The notes under the pieces were generated by a model. The model did no database searches and was not told the origin of the DNA. It saw nothing but the letters and a program-made list of their open reading frames with translations. Below are positions 1 to 14,480 of a DNA stretch of 64,000 nt, in pieces. The position numbers and the translations under genes were made by a program. The DNA is taken from contig CM022665.1 in the NCBI GenBank assembly GCA_012295275.1, positions 18,724,001 through 18,788,000 of the forward strand, in the 5' to 3' direction. Position 1 is the first letter of the stretch, and every line of letters begins with the position of its first letter. Source of the DNA: Chrysomallon squamiferum (taxonomy: Eukaryota; Animalia; Mollusca).

Positions 1-554
1 ATGACTTATAACTGGTCACAAGAGCTGAATCTTGAAAGTAATTTATACTTTATTAAATTAGATAAGATAATGAGAAACCAAAATATTCAGATCAGCCTAC
101 ATAGAGAGAAATGACGTATAATTGAATTTAAATATACTCGGGTCATAATCGTTTTTTACCATCTACACCTGATTATCACTGTCTGCACATCAAGACAGGC
201 TTGTGAAATTGTGCAGAGAGAAGGGAATGAATTTTGAGTTGTCTGTTTAGGATTAGCTCTGTAAGATTCCATTTGTTTGAACCTTTGTGTACTGAATGCA
301 TGAAATGATCTGAAAAAAAATGTATGTAAATTTCAGTACATACATGGAATTCAAGTCGAACTTTTGTCATTTTCTGGTGGAAACAAACCAAGAAAATGTC
401 AGATGAATGCAGTGTATTGAGATCAACTATTCAGAACACTTTTGACATGTTTTTTCTTTTTTTTTCTTTTCTCTGTTTTTATTATGGAATCTTAGCATTA
501 TTGTAAACAATGATTTTAATGTATATCCAGAGAAAATGTAGAAAATGTAGCAGT

Positions 555-591
<37 letters not shown>

Positions 592-1123
592 GGTGGGTGG
601 GTGTTTGTGTGTGTGTATGTATATATGTATGCAAACTATTTTGAGTGTTTATTATATTTATTTGTACTGCTTCTCAACAATAATAATAAAAACATTAACA
701 GCTTTATTTTTCATAAATTGCTTGTCTTCCATTTAGGAACAGTATAAATTAAAATACTGTGTAAATCAATAGAATATGTTATCTACTTATGTATGTATAT
801 GTATGTGTGTGTATGCATGTGTGTTTGCATGCATCCATGTGAGTATATGTATCTGTAAACAAATGCTGATACTGTAACTAAATGCCAAATTTCAGGTCTG
901 TTTTAAATGTATCTTGCACATTTTATCTTTAATGTGATACAAATAAATTCCAATGAAAGCAACAACCCAAATCTTTTAGATAAGTATCAAAGGAAAACTG
1001 ACAATGACTACTACACACACACCTTTACTGGGCTGATTATATTAATAAATATTTATATGTTTAACATAGAAATTCCATTTATTATTAAAACAGTAGTTAC
1101 ATGAATTTGTATTAAACAAAAAC

Positions 1124-1408
1124 AATGAACAACAGTAAAAATAAATCACTTTATGTATAAAAGTAGAAAAACTAAATTATAAAAATATATGTGTATATGG
1201 CTTATTGATAGATTAATCTAAAAACTGTACAGAACTTAAATTACACAAATTAAAATAATTTTATTAATTTAAATATAAATTATTTTACTTTGTGTAATTT
1301 ATGTTCTGTACAAATTTTAGATTAATCTATCAGTAAGCCTCGTATATAGATATATATATACTTTTCTGCTTTTATACATAAAGTGATTTATTTTTACTGT
1401 TGTTCATT
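1124..1408. repeat. Long inverted repeat / foldback (MITE-like), ~140-bp arms, short loop
   Basis: aatgaacaacagtaaaaataaatcactttatgtataaaag (from 1124) is the reverse complement of the segment ending 1408; inner arms 1199-1260 and 1278-1339 differ at about 5 of 62 positions by hand alignment. Confidence 0.9.
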
Positions 1409-1849
1409 ATTTTTAATGGAATATTTTGGTGTTTGTTTTAATGATAATGCAGCAGATATTTTACAAAATGTATTTCAGCATTTGTTTTTAAAAATAAAAT
1501 ACTGGAATTTTCAGGCAAACTTCGTTATAATGATTAAACAAATTAATTTTATAGTTTTCATTTTAATAATAAAAGGATTACAGCAGAATGTATCGGAATG
1601 GTTAAATAGTTTATATTTATAAGGATTATAAAAAACTGTTTTTCAAATGCCAAGATTTTTCCAGCAGAAATAAGTATATAATAGTACTTTGAAATTTTTA
1701 GCAAGTATTTTTAAATGATAAAAATGTCAAATCTTTACTTTCAATATTTTGTCACCAACAGGTCATCAACCTCTCTACACAGCTGTTTGTTCAAATAAAT
1801 CTTTTTTGTTCTTTTTTCTTTTTTCTTGTTTTCTCTTTCTCTGTCTCAG

Positions 1850-1939
1850 CATTTTTCATCATATTTGGTTTCTGGTGATGTTATCACTTATAGATACTTA
1901 ATACCAAGTGTAAAGCCACAACAGTTAAATGCAGTGTTG
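1850..1939 (+). CDS. Candidate 90-nt exon HFSSYLVSGDVITYRYLIPSVKPQQLNAVL upstream of the 2014 exon
   Basis: ~45-nt pyrimidine tract + CAG ending 1849; only phase 0 is open; weak donor TG|GTTTGT at 1940 gives a 74-nt intron with TGCATG at 1952. No GC elevation, so support is weak. Confidence 0.3.
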
Positions 1940-2013
1940 GTTTGTATTGTTTGCATGACAAGTTTGAACTGGCTTCACATATTTTGTCAATTATATTTGT
2001 CTTTTCTTTACAG

Positions 2014-2076
2014 AAAACCTCCGTGAAGAAGCCCTGTGTGCACAACTTTGGCCGGCCCAAAATTGTAAAGATCCGG
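2014..2076 (+). CDS. Internal 63-nt coding exon of an unidentified gene; preferred phase-0 frame KTSVKKPCVHNFGRPKIVKIR, alternative phase-1 frame (E)NLREEALCAQLWPAQNCKDP
   Basis: Polypyrimidine tract + CAG (tttgtcttttctttacag, ends 2013); consensus donor GG|GTGAGT at 2077; ~50% GC with 3 CpGs in a CpG-depleted AT-rich background; length divisible by 3; two frames open. Phase 0 preferred because 2 of 3 CpGs fall in Arg codons and downstream exons read further in that phase. Confidence 0.8.
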
Positions 2077-4024
2077 GTGAGTGCAAGCTTTTTTCTTTTC
2101 TTTTCTTCCATCTTTATTTCTTTCTCTTAACAGCTTTTGTATGGCCGTGGTGGAGATGTATTAAAAGTAGCTGTAAAGTCATTTGACTTTCTCCTTCCCT
2201 TTCTCTCTCTCTCTCTCCTTCTCCCTATTTCTGTCTTTCTTTATCTTTCTTTCTCTGTCCATCTTTTTATTTATCTTTTTCTGGGGTTTTTTCTGTCTCT
2301 TTCTCTTCATCATTCTATTTCTCTGTCTCATTTCCTCTCTCTCTGTTTTAACTCCTTTTTTTTTCTTCTGCAAAATTTTTATCTGTCCTTGGTAAGCGTG
2401 TATTAAAAATATTTGTTTGCATGCAGAGTGGAGTGAAGGTTGTCATAAGCCCATGTGGCATACACATCATGTTTAGACACAGAAAGCTGCACATTTGAAT
2501 AAATCCCAAAGAAAACATATGCATTTCCCATAGAAGCTTAAAAATTCTGAAGTAATCATTTCATTTGTAGCTGAGATTCTTAGAAATGATGAGGGAAAAG
2601 GTTGTTGTTTTATAAAACATACCAGAGTTAAACACACTGGATACCTTTGTTTTGACAGTCCATTGATTTACTGTGTGTCAGATAAAAGTCTTCTGTCAAC
2701 TTAATGCAGATGTGTTACATAAATGTAAAGGTCTTCTTTTTTCTCCTGACGATATTTGTTATTTGTTATTATTATTATTATTACTGGTTATTTATCAAAG
2801 AAAAGAAAAACATTAAGTGGAATTAAGATATATATCTTTTAAAGATAAAAATAAATTAAAAATTAGACACCCCCCACAGAAAAAAAATTCTCCAGAACAA
2901 ACAGAGCATCAAGAAAACATATAATTATAACATATGTTTTAAAAATTGATTTATTCGTATTTTAGTCCACATTCATTTGGAAAATAAGCTGGTGTTATTT
3001 CAATAAGTTTTTACATAAGGGAAAGATAACTCTAAATGTTATTATTCATATTAATGGATGGTGATTTTTATTTTCTTTCTCTCATGAATAATTTGTTTAA
3101 AAAAATTAAAATTAAAAAAAATTAAATTCAAATGTTTAATATAATATTATTAATGTAGAAAAAGAAACAGCACTCAAAAAGTTAAAAAAAAATATTGTAA
3201 TTTAGATCTGACTTCTTTATTTTAATTTAATTTAATTTTATTATTACTATTATTTTATTTCCACACAAACCCAACTTCACTCTGGCTGTGTCAGCCTTTA
3301 GGGAATTTCACCTTGTATGATTTATTGTCTCAGTGAATTTCATTAACTGTTTTTGCTTCTTCATAACACATTTCCTGACCCTTTAGTACATGGGCACCTA
3401 GAGTAATATTTTATGTATTTCCCTTGATCACTTTACTTTAGTCCCTTTTGTCTAAGATTTCACAGTGGAGTGTGTTGAGTTTTCTCAGTCCTTGAAGTGT
3501 ATTAGAACTTGAACACAACAATGGCCAAAGCAGTTTTGATGATTTGTTGAGTTTTTTCTCACCAAGCAACCAATACTTGACATTCTAGCAAAGAATGATG
3601 AAAAGTCTTGTCACACGTGTGTCTCAGTTGTTTTTAAATGTGTGGGCAAGTGGTAATACATGTCATTTGTTTTCCTTAGTACAGTTCTTTTGTGTCCTCG
3701 TATGAATGTGTCATCTACTTGTGTCAGCACTGTCTTTCATTATAGTGGAAAAATTTCTTTTTCATTTTATTTTTTAATAAATGTTGGTTTTTTGAGGGAG
3801 GGTTCACATTTTTTTTTTCTCGCTTTTTTAAATTATTTTTTTTCTTTGTTAGTGGATAACTGTGGCTAGAGGATAATTAGATATAAAAAAGCAAAATAGA
3901 AAAAGTAAGAAAGAATATGAAGTAATGAGAAACAGGATTTAGAAAGGTTGATAGATGGAATTTATAGAGTTCCAAAAAGTGGTAAGTAGGTAGGTAGAGC
4001 ATGAATTTATGGATCTGAAAGACT

Positions 4025-4060
<36 letters not shown>

Positions 4061-5760
4061 TTTTAAACTTTGTACACACTGTAAAAAATTTCTAATAATA
4101 TGCTACTGTATAAGCAGTGGCAAAAGTTACAAAATACCCAGTTATTCTAACAGAATTATGAACATTTAATTATTAATATAGAAGAGTAAATAATATATAT
4201 AGCATTTGTTAATGTTCTAAAATTATTAAAAAACCATACACACTACCAAAACACACACACAAGCACAAACAGAGATACACTTACACTCTAATACATACTA
4301 CATACATTAATTCATACACACAATCACCTTACATATAGTGCACACACACATTCATCACTTTATTTTGAAAAAAAAATGATTGTTCAGTCTTGTTAACTAA
4401 TCCTGGCCTTTCTTGTACTAATAACTTGTTACAGATTAATAAAATATTAATAACTTGTTACAAATGGATTTTCTCATTAATCAATAACAACAGAATCTAT
4501 ACCAGCATTGGTGATACAATTTACACCTGATGATATCATCATCTCTAATTAGAGATACCTTTCATGTTTACCTGGTGTTTCTCAATGTGCTTTTCTCTGA
4601 ACTCACTTTGTAAAATGTGCAGCCTCAATTCTGTGACATTACTGATAACAAAAGATGTACTTTTCCTGTAAATGTATTGCTTGCTGTTTAATGGCATAGA
4701 CAGTGGCTCAGATCATAAAACAGAGTTTTCTCGTTAATGATGTTTATGCCACATACTGCTTGATTGACTGGTCAATGTGTAAACTGTATCTGCAGCCTGG
4801 ATGTAGCTATATTTTTTTTATTCTGAAAATCATTATCTGCCTCTTTTTTTTCTTTTTTTTTGTCGTAGTTATTGATGTTCATGAATGCTGACTAGCTGAA
4901 CAGGATAATGGCAACATAAACTAAATATGAACCATTTTGATGTATGTTTATGTTTCTCATTTCCTAAAATTACACAACCATAAGCTTTCATACAAGCATA
5001 TTATTCAACTGTACAAATGTACATACAAACATAAATACATACATACACAAATCTAGAGAGAAAAGAAAAACAGACCAACATAAATAAAAATACACATATA
5101 CATTTAATTTTTTTCTTTTTTTTTTTTTTTTTTTTTATTTTTTTTTTTTTTTATGTAATATGTACAAACCCTGAACTAAAGACATTTTCACATTTACAAA
5201 TATCATGATGATTAAAGCCTTTCTCTTTTATCTCGTATTAAATCATCCATATCTTTGGGAATAGATTGCATGAAATAAATATCACAGGGAATAGATATTG
5301 TTGAGTAGTTATTTTCCTCCACTGTGATGTTTGCAGTGCATGTCTATCTGTTTTGATAATCATCCCCATCAACCTGTCTTCTGCTAAAAGTAAAAAACTT
5401 GTTCTACCACATCAGGAGGCTTAGTCAATTAAGGTAATTTCAAAAACAGTCACGAATGCTGGAAATAACAGCAATACTTACATGTAGAAATTTATCTAGT
5501 TTATTTCCTACATTGAGGTTTACATAATCATTGCTCTATGGATGGGTTAGTTTAGTGAAAATTATAAGACGTCGAGGGATGTTGGTGTGTGCATGTGTAT
5601 TCAACAATGCTAAAAGAATTAGCTTAAATAATTATGATTCTACCGATACTATGACATTTATACAAAATATCATTTTTAATAATCAGTCACTGTTTGACAC
5701 TTTCTGTCCATGTGTACAATCTGTGTGTGTTATAGTTCTTTTTTTTTTAGTTTTTAGATT

Positions 5761-5801
<41 letters not shown>

Positions 5802-6756
5802 GTTTGCATGGAAATGGAAGATAACTATTTTATAGGTTACATCAATTATCCAGTACAGAATCTTAAATAAACAAACAAAAAATAGTGATGAGTCAAAAAA
5901 GAAAAAGAAAAGAGGTCTTTTGTGTAACAGCTGTCACTAGCCCAATATCTTTTTCTGTTTTATTTACTCATCCATTTGTGAAGAAAGATAGTGTAATAAT
6001 TTTTTATGTTGGAGTAGATGGGTCAATGTGATCAGCAAACATGGCAAAAGGCTGCCTCTTGTATAGGAGACAATTAAGAAGAATTACACATATGCAGAAC
6101 TTCAAGGATGTCAGAATAGTCAGACATGTTTGATTATTTCAGTCCGAAGAACTCAGTCATGTTTATTTTAGTCCTAAGGATTCACAGTCATGTTTAATTA
6201 TTTCAGCCTTAAGGACTCATCCTGCTGTATTAGGCACATTGTCGACTGTTTGTGAAATATTGCCCCAACTCAGATGCATGCCATTGTTTTTACATTCAAA
6301 ATGTTTTCAGTGGGTGCAGTGGTATTGTCTTTTGAAGAGCTGTTGACTAATGTTTGTAGTATATATCAAGTTACATACAGTTGTCTGTGTTTTATTTTCC
6401 CTTCTGTCTAAGTGCAGTGTTTGCATTAATGTGATAAATGCACATGAATATTTTAATGTAGAATTCTTCTTTTTTAATTTTTTTTCTTCTAAAGTATTAT
6501 TTTTAATTGTTAATTAAAACGTCTCATAAATATTCATAATAATCAGTTTTGAAATGTAAATACAGTTTTAATGATGTGTTAACAAGTCCATAAATAATGG
6601 ATAGTGTAACATTTATTTTTGTTTTAAAATGAAGTTAATATATGTTAATAATTCACTCAGTTTTATTCTTCATCTCATTTTTATTGTGAAGCCATATATT
6701 TTATTATTACAATGTTAATTTTTTATGAATATATTTTTTTCTTTCTTTCTTCTTCT

Positions 6757-6797
<41 letters not shown>

Positions 6798-6818
6798 TAC
6801 CATATCATTTTCTTTACC

Positions 6819-6851
<33 letters not shown>

Positions 6852-9800
6852 CCACCCTGGTTCTGGTATTAACAAAAATCACACATTACAAAGAACACTG
6901 TTACCAAACTGAATACATAATTCTGCTATTCCTCCTGGCTGTCAGACAGCTCCACCCATTTTATTCTGAGGGACCCATATGCTTACAGCACTCCTCATTC
7001 AAGTTGCTGATGTCAGCACATTCTTTTGTTTGTGTCTGTTGATGATATGTCATTGACAAAATCCTCTCTAGTTATTTCATGACACAGTCTATGATTATAC
7101 AGTGTGAACTGGGCAGGTGATGGGAAGTTTAGGTCACAGCTTACCTGGGTAACATTCATCCATGAAGGGGCAGGTGAAAACTTTTGCATTTAGATGTCGT
7201 CATTGTAGGTATTTATTATACACTCACAGCTGTTACGAAATGCTGTACAGAAATCCGCTTAAGAGACTTTATAGAAGTTACACACAGCCTGACAAATAAG
7301 CTATCACATTTCACAGAAATGCTGCTACCCTTTGTAAAATGAGATGGTATCTTTAGATGCAGGGTCAGTTTGAAAAATAAGAATATTGCCCCTGAACGCT
7401 GCTCAGCCCCACAGTTTTGTATAGCTATAGTGATAATTTTCACACACCGGAATGTGTATAGAGGTATTTATTTCTGCGTGATTGCACTTAAGACACACAA
7501 TGCTGATCACTGAAGGGACAGGGACATGTACTAGTGTTATTGCAAACAGGGGAACATTACCTTCCATTATAAACACATTTGTTTAAGTTTAAGAAGAACA
7601 TGAATGCGGGTTAAAAAAAAAAAAAATTTAAAATGGGGAAGAAGAAAAAAAGGGGGGTCCAAGGAATAAAATGTGGCTGAAATAATTTAATATTCTTAAT
7701 CTGTTTCTTTTCTTTTCATTTTGTGTCTCATTGATATTCACTTTCACACACTACTAAACACTTTTATTACTTCCACCCTCCTTTGTACTTTGTGATCACC
7801 AACCCCACCTTTGGGTACAGTGTCTTTTTCATTTTTCATTTTATTTTTTTATTTTTTTATTATTATTTTTGTATATATATTTGAAAGATTTATCACATTT
7901 TTATGTGTTTTCTTATTTTATTTGTGTGTGTGTGTCTGTCTGTCTTGATTCTTTCTTTTCTTATGATTTTTTTTTTAATTTAATTTTGTTGGAAAGGTTC
8001 TTAATGATACTTTTGTTTTTTCTCTCAATAAAGCTTATTTATTTTTATAATTTGCTTTCTTCTATTTTTTTTTTTTTGTTCAAGGGAAATAGAAGAATGC
8101 TGAACATATATGTAGTGACATTTGAGTTTATTATAATATCAACATCAGGCAATCATAGACAGACTGTAGACTTCATTTATCATATAATTTTTTGTTATTT
8201 CTTTGTGTAGTCTTCCAGGAAATTCACCAGGTAATATAATCTCCTGACATTTAACTAAAATCAAATGGATCATAATTTGGCATTGACAGGTGATGTAAAC
8301 CTCAACCTGGGTGGTAGAGTTGATACAGAACTCAAAAAGATACCAGTAAGATTGCATGGCCCTTCTTAATACACTAATATTTACGTAAGAAAGCACAAGT
8401 CATTTATTTTCCTATTGTATGCCAATAACATCCTTTCATACCAGGCATCTGTTTCACAAATTTCTCTTGCCATAAAAAAAAAAAATATTTATTTATAGTT
8501 TAGTCTGCTCCATAGCTGTGTACAAACATTGGCTTGTCAGCAGGTCTCACGTTTTCTTGTTCAAATTGTATGTACATGCCAACCTCTGATACAAATATAA
8601 TAATATCTGAAATCAAAGCATGGTACATAGACTGAAGACTACCAAAAATTCATCCTTACACTCAAACTGAACCTTCGACACTGGTGAAGTTGATAGGAAT
8701 GAAATGCACACCTGGCGTGTGTGACTTGTTTACACCTCCATGTTGGTTGATGTTTGAATTGGCAGCACTTTGTGCTGTGTTCTAAAACTGTTATTTTGTT
8801 GTTGTCTTTTCTCTTTCTTTTTCTGCAAGCAAAGAAGGAAAGAAAATGTTGAAAAAATTAGGACAAAAAACATAAGCAAAATTTGTTGCTGATTGCTTTT
8901 TTTTCTTTTACAAAGATAAATATAACATTTGGTAAAAAAAATACAATTTAGCTGTTTTTCTTACATTCCAGTTTTGTATGGTTATGGGATAGAAAAAAAT
9001 GAACCAGTCTTTTCTTTTTATTACTGTTAGGGGCAGGGTTTATTTTATAATTCAGATTAAGCCAGTACATGGTTAATCATTTTCTTTGTAACAGCTGATA
9101 TAAAACTGTGTTGAGATAACATAAAAAATATGTTATAAACTACTATAATCAAAAGAAATTTAAAAATATTGATATTATAGGCTTTCTGTATGAAATCAGT
9201 TGTTTATAAATGTTTATAAATAATTTTATGCATTACATCAGTGACATTCACAATTGCCTATTTATTCGTATCTTATTTTCTCAGCATCAAAACTCTATTT
9301 ATAATTTTCTTTCTTACCCTTGATATTATATTTACTAAATCATGTTAGCACCCGCCCATGATAATTTGCAGAGTGTGAAATATTTTATTTATGAGTACCC
9401 AACCTGGCATATTATGCATATTTCTCTTCACCACGTTGTACATAATTTTTTTTAACTAAATAATTGGGTTCAAAGAACTTGATAATTTCACTTGGATGAA
9501 CATGATGTGTGAAAGCAAGGAGTAAATCAATACAGCTAACACTAACACAAAATACTTAACAAATTTAGATTACGTACATGTGCTGGTTAATTATTAAATT
9601 ACGCTTCCAGCAGAATGTCATTTAATGGTGAGCAAATTAGCTGTTATACCCTCAAGATAAGACAGGAACAGTTCCCATGCGTGTTGTAACAGTCATTAGG
9701 TTGATATCATTCCTGTGTTAGGTTCATTTACAATCATTTCTTAATCATATGATGTGGGGCTTTTTTGGAGGGAGGGTTGACACAGAATATTTTAATACAT

Positions 9801-12800
9801 GCCTTATATCATGCCCTCCTTGTTCTAGAAAATAAACTACATTGTAGATTACATATGTGGTTTGGTGGTGATGATTTTTATATGATTTTATGTCAGTTTA
9901 AGAAACCCTTTATTTCATATTCATCCATTTGTCTATCCATCTGTACAATACATCTGTTCATCTGTCCATCCATTCTAAATGAACTTAATTTACAAATATG
10001 TGAAACATTAATGACAGGCATACATAAATATCTAATGTACATACAAACAGACAAAAAGTAGTACCATCAAACTGACTTGGTCGAATAAGTTTCATGTACT
10101 GAATAAGCAAAACATTTACTGCAAATAAACATTTTTGATTTGGAAGAGTGTGCAAATATGGCTGACATATAGAGAAACCACAAATCAACAGTAAGACAAA
10201 CAAAGATCTGTCTACCAATTACAGTCCTGTGTTTTCTTCTCCCTCGCTTTTCAAAGGGAGATCACTTGCCAAAAGATCTTGTTCAAACATGCTAAGGTCA
10301 TCTATATGTTCTGGCCAGTAGTTGATTGATTGCACTAGTCTAAAAATCAGCTTTACCCACAATTCCTCTAAGACATGCATGGATCAGTGTTGATGAAAAA
10401 CGAGCATTGTGTCCTGATAACAAGCTTAATTGGAAGACTTTAATCTGAAGATGACTTCACAGGGGATGCACTGAACTCACACCTCAGTGGAAATGTACAT
10501 GGATACCTCATGTGAAGAACACCTTATGTATCAACTGCCTAGATATCAAATCGGTTTATAAAGAAAATCCTATATATCAGTTACCTGTTAAATTATTTGT
10601 GTCCTATCTCAAGAAAAAAGAATATCATACATTTTAAATCTTATTTTGAGATGGGTGGGGGGACATTTCTTTTAATGAAAATATTTAAATAGTTTTTGTA
10701 AACTGTAAGAAAGCCTGAATTTATCACAGTAAGAATGTTTAGCTGTTTAAGTATTACAGTAATTTAGGTAAAAAGAGTTCTAACACACACACACACACAC
10801 AGAACATTATTTTATTTTTATTTTTTATTATTATTATTAATTTCTTTTTTTTTTTGGAGGTGTTGGAAGAAGGTAATGATTTCTTGACTGTATATGGTGC
10901 ATAGATTTACTTATGATCTTCCACTTCTGGTGTAGTTCAGTTTAAAATAGAGTAGACATTTGACAGGAACATTAAACATGTATAAACAAGGTGTTCACTA
11001 ACTAACTTACAAACAGAAGTTACAAATCCTTTTAATTTGCTCCAAATGGCATGGCATCTGCCCCAAATTTAAATCAGCCAATTTAAAGACACTAAAAATA
11101 AACTGGCTTTTCACATGGAATCTTAGTCAATTATCATTGGATTGTGGTAACATTTACAGTTTCACATCACACTAATTCCAATCCCAGGGATAAGTTGATT
11201 TAGTGTGAAAGGACTTTCTATGGACCTGGTCATTATGAAAGAACTGAACAGAAAAAGAAAGAATTGCTGCAACTGAAGTTGAAAGCACAGACGTTGTTTA
11301 TTATAACTATTAACTATTGTCTGCTGAACCCACTACACCTCTCTGATTTATATCTGAGTGTTGAAGTGAAAATGAAAATATCTCTACAAATCTTGGATGT
11401 ATTTCAAATAAAGTTGGAATTGTTTCCCATCTTTTGAAATTTTTATATGGGTTTATTTTTCAGCTGTGTGTTTTGTGGTTTCCTTTTTTACTTTTATCAG
11501 AAGTTGCAGGATTTTATTATTATTAATTTTTTTTTCCTCTTTCTTTTTTTTATGGACCATGTACAACTATGAACACAAGACATTTTTACATTTTTAGGAT
11601 GGTTATACTTTTCTTTTAATCTGAAAGAAATAAAAAATTATGAATGGAATGAAATGCAGCTACTATCTAATCAGCAGTCATTATACTTTAGGATATGGAA
11701 CTTCCTGCAAAAAGAAAAACCCTACAGTATTAACTTTTTAAAACAAATCCCAGTTGTAGAATGTTGGCTAAAATGAAATTTTCTCTTCACAAATGAAACA
11801 TGAAGAATATCTATATAACCATTTCACTTCACACAGATATGCATGCATGCTTGCACACATCACACACACTCCATACAAACTAACCGATATTAAATATTAC
11901 AAGAAGAAAAAAAAGTACAATTGTTGAATATAATAGGCTGTTCTGAGTTAAAGCTAATAAAAAGGGTGTGCCTATTAGACATGTCATCAAACTTGCAGCT
12001 GTTGTGTAATTTCCTGTAGAAAGCAGTGACTAACAGGCTTTCAAAGTAATTAGAGATAAATCGGCTTACATACTGGAGCTTTCAGCTAGAGAGAGATGGA
12101 AAAAGAACTCATATTATCCTGATTTTATTTAAATTATATCATTTGATAACCTTGACATCAGATAAATGTACTTGTGACAGCAATAAGTTATTGATCACTG
12201 AAGTCTTCACTGTTTATTTGCAAATGCTGACTTCATGCTTGCTACTGGGAGGAATTTAGGAGATGGCAGCAGATGATCAATAGTTTGCTGAGTTTTAAAG
12301 CTTGTTTTTGTCTTTATCAATGTTTAGCTTGCAGAACCTTCTTCTGTCTGCCTCTGAGTTGTGTTACTTCTTATTTTTTCTGTAAATTTTTGCTCTATTA
12401 TTCCATTATGTATCAACCATTCATCAGTTCATTCATCTGTCCATCCACCTTTCCATCCATTTGTCCATCCATCCAACAAACCGTCAACCTTGTCCATCCA
12501 TCCATACATATATTCCATCTGTCCATTCATTATCTGTGGTTCATTGATCTATCCACCTATCCATTCATATCACTGTCTGTCTAGCTATCCATCCATATAA
12601 CTACATATACAGTGAACAAACACCAATCCATCCATCTTTCCAGTAAATACAGGTAACAAGTTGTGGATGATTTCCTATCTCTATTAAATTATGTTTGACA
12701 TAGTGATTTGAAAAATGTGATATTGCAGCAATTAAATATTAATTTATTTCAATTAATACAAATATATAATTCATTTTTTAAGTAAAAAAAAAAAAAAAAA

Positions 12801-14019
12801 GTATTTTATAGTTTTTATTTTTCAAAAAAAAAATTGTTTTCATTATGCTATCCTAGATGTTCTGTCATTCTGTACAGTTGTGATTTAATATGAATAAATA
12901 GTAAACTGCTACATTCCTAATGATGCCATTGTTTCAGACCATCCTACTCAGTTGTGTTGAGTAAATCAGCTGAATGGCAGCAAGTCTTGTCTCTAGAGAA
13001 TGGCAGTTGTGTGTATCCAAATGCATGGTGAATCTAGTCAATGTGTTTGTCAACACTTCATTACACTGCCGAGATGTGCAGTCTGGATTATCTAACTTGT
13101 TCTGCTACATCAACTCTGGTTCCTGAAAAGTAGAAAACTGAAACCTGCTATGTATCTGTGAATGGGTTGATATAAATAGTTGTATAAACCTATCATATGT
13201 GGCTGTCCCATTATATTTTGAAAACCAATAAAGCAAATTTGTTTTTGTTTTTAGGTGTTTTTTCTAGTGTCACAGTGTAATTTTTTTTTTAATAAATTCA
13301 TGTTATTGTGATAACTGACAGTAGTGATAAATGTGTTTGTTTTCACTGAACTCAGTGTGAGTACAAAAGTTTTATAGGAATAACAAATATATCACAAATG
13401 CAGCCACCCCTAATTAAAAAATACATGCAACCACACACACACACATACACAGACATACAGGCATATTCATAGAACATTACAGCACACAATTTGACCTAAA
13501 TAAACCAAAAGAACTAAAAGTTTTCATTTACATCAAATACAGGGGTTATCTTGCACCTGACACTAACAGTACACCAAGAACAAGTTAATGTTCTGAAACA
13601 GATGATACCTAACATAATCAAAAAGAATTTGGACATAAAGTCTAAACTTTATCAACTCCAATCAAACCCAAACAGAAATAAAGTACTTGACATACTAAAG
13701 TAGAGCAAATGTACTTAGCCATACCCACTAACTGTGAGTGAAAGTTTGAGGAATCTTTTTAACATCTGCTCTCTACTTTGGTTCTGTTTATGCCAGTGTC
13801 AGTCAAGTTGTTAAGTGTCATAGCTCATGTGCTCTGAAACTTTAATCTGTATCCCATTTAGATGGCTTACTCCCATTTGGTCGTTCTTCTAAAACAACAA
13901 TAGATATGGTTCAGTGGTCTTACTGATGTACATGTTATTACCTCAGTCATTATAATGAACTGTTCCAGATTATTTGGAAACCAGTTATTATTGTATAGAT
14001 GGCATGGATATCGCTTATT

Positions 14020-14351
14020 GCATAAAGTATCGAAATAATCCATGTATTGAATGTAGTGAATGTAGTTTATTTCACCAAAAAACCCAGTCACTGCAGCTTC
14101 TTGAGTTGACCCATGGCATCCAACTTTGCTCTTTCACATTTCTCTATCCCTGTGATCAAGTCCACAAATCTGTATAGGTTTGGATGTCGATGAGGAGGCA
14201 GCCTGTTGACTTGTGAATGGAAACCATCCAGACATATATTGGTAAATAATCCATTGTCCATAAAAAAAACTATGAAGAGGCCATGTTCATTACATACACA
14301 GGTAATCAGGTTTTTTGGTAGACCATTTATTTTGACCAAATGGGAATTCAA
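14020..14351 (-). mobile_element. Degenerate Mutator-like (MULE) DNA transposase fragment, C-terminal catalytic region
   Basis: Minus-strand translation FTNICLDGFHSQVNRLPPHRHPNLYRFVDLITGIE fits the recalled MULE motif RTNNxxEGxHxxxNxxxxxxHPNIxxFIxxL; catalytic E appears as D; frame is broken on both sides; no TIRs seen. Confidence 0.65.
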
Positions 14352-14438
14352 GTAAATGGGGCGACATCATTTAGAAAGTATTTTCTGTACCATCTGTCTT
14401 CTGTGTATCCACAGAAAGACAAACAGATGGAAATAACA

Positions 14439-14480
<42 letters not shown>

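Noticed and set aside
2014-2076. Assigning a gene name (RING-like PCVHNF, AT-hook-like GRPK)
   Set aside because: The motifs are partial (no following Cys for RING, no RGRP core); I do not recognise the protein and the frame is not certain.
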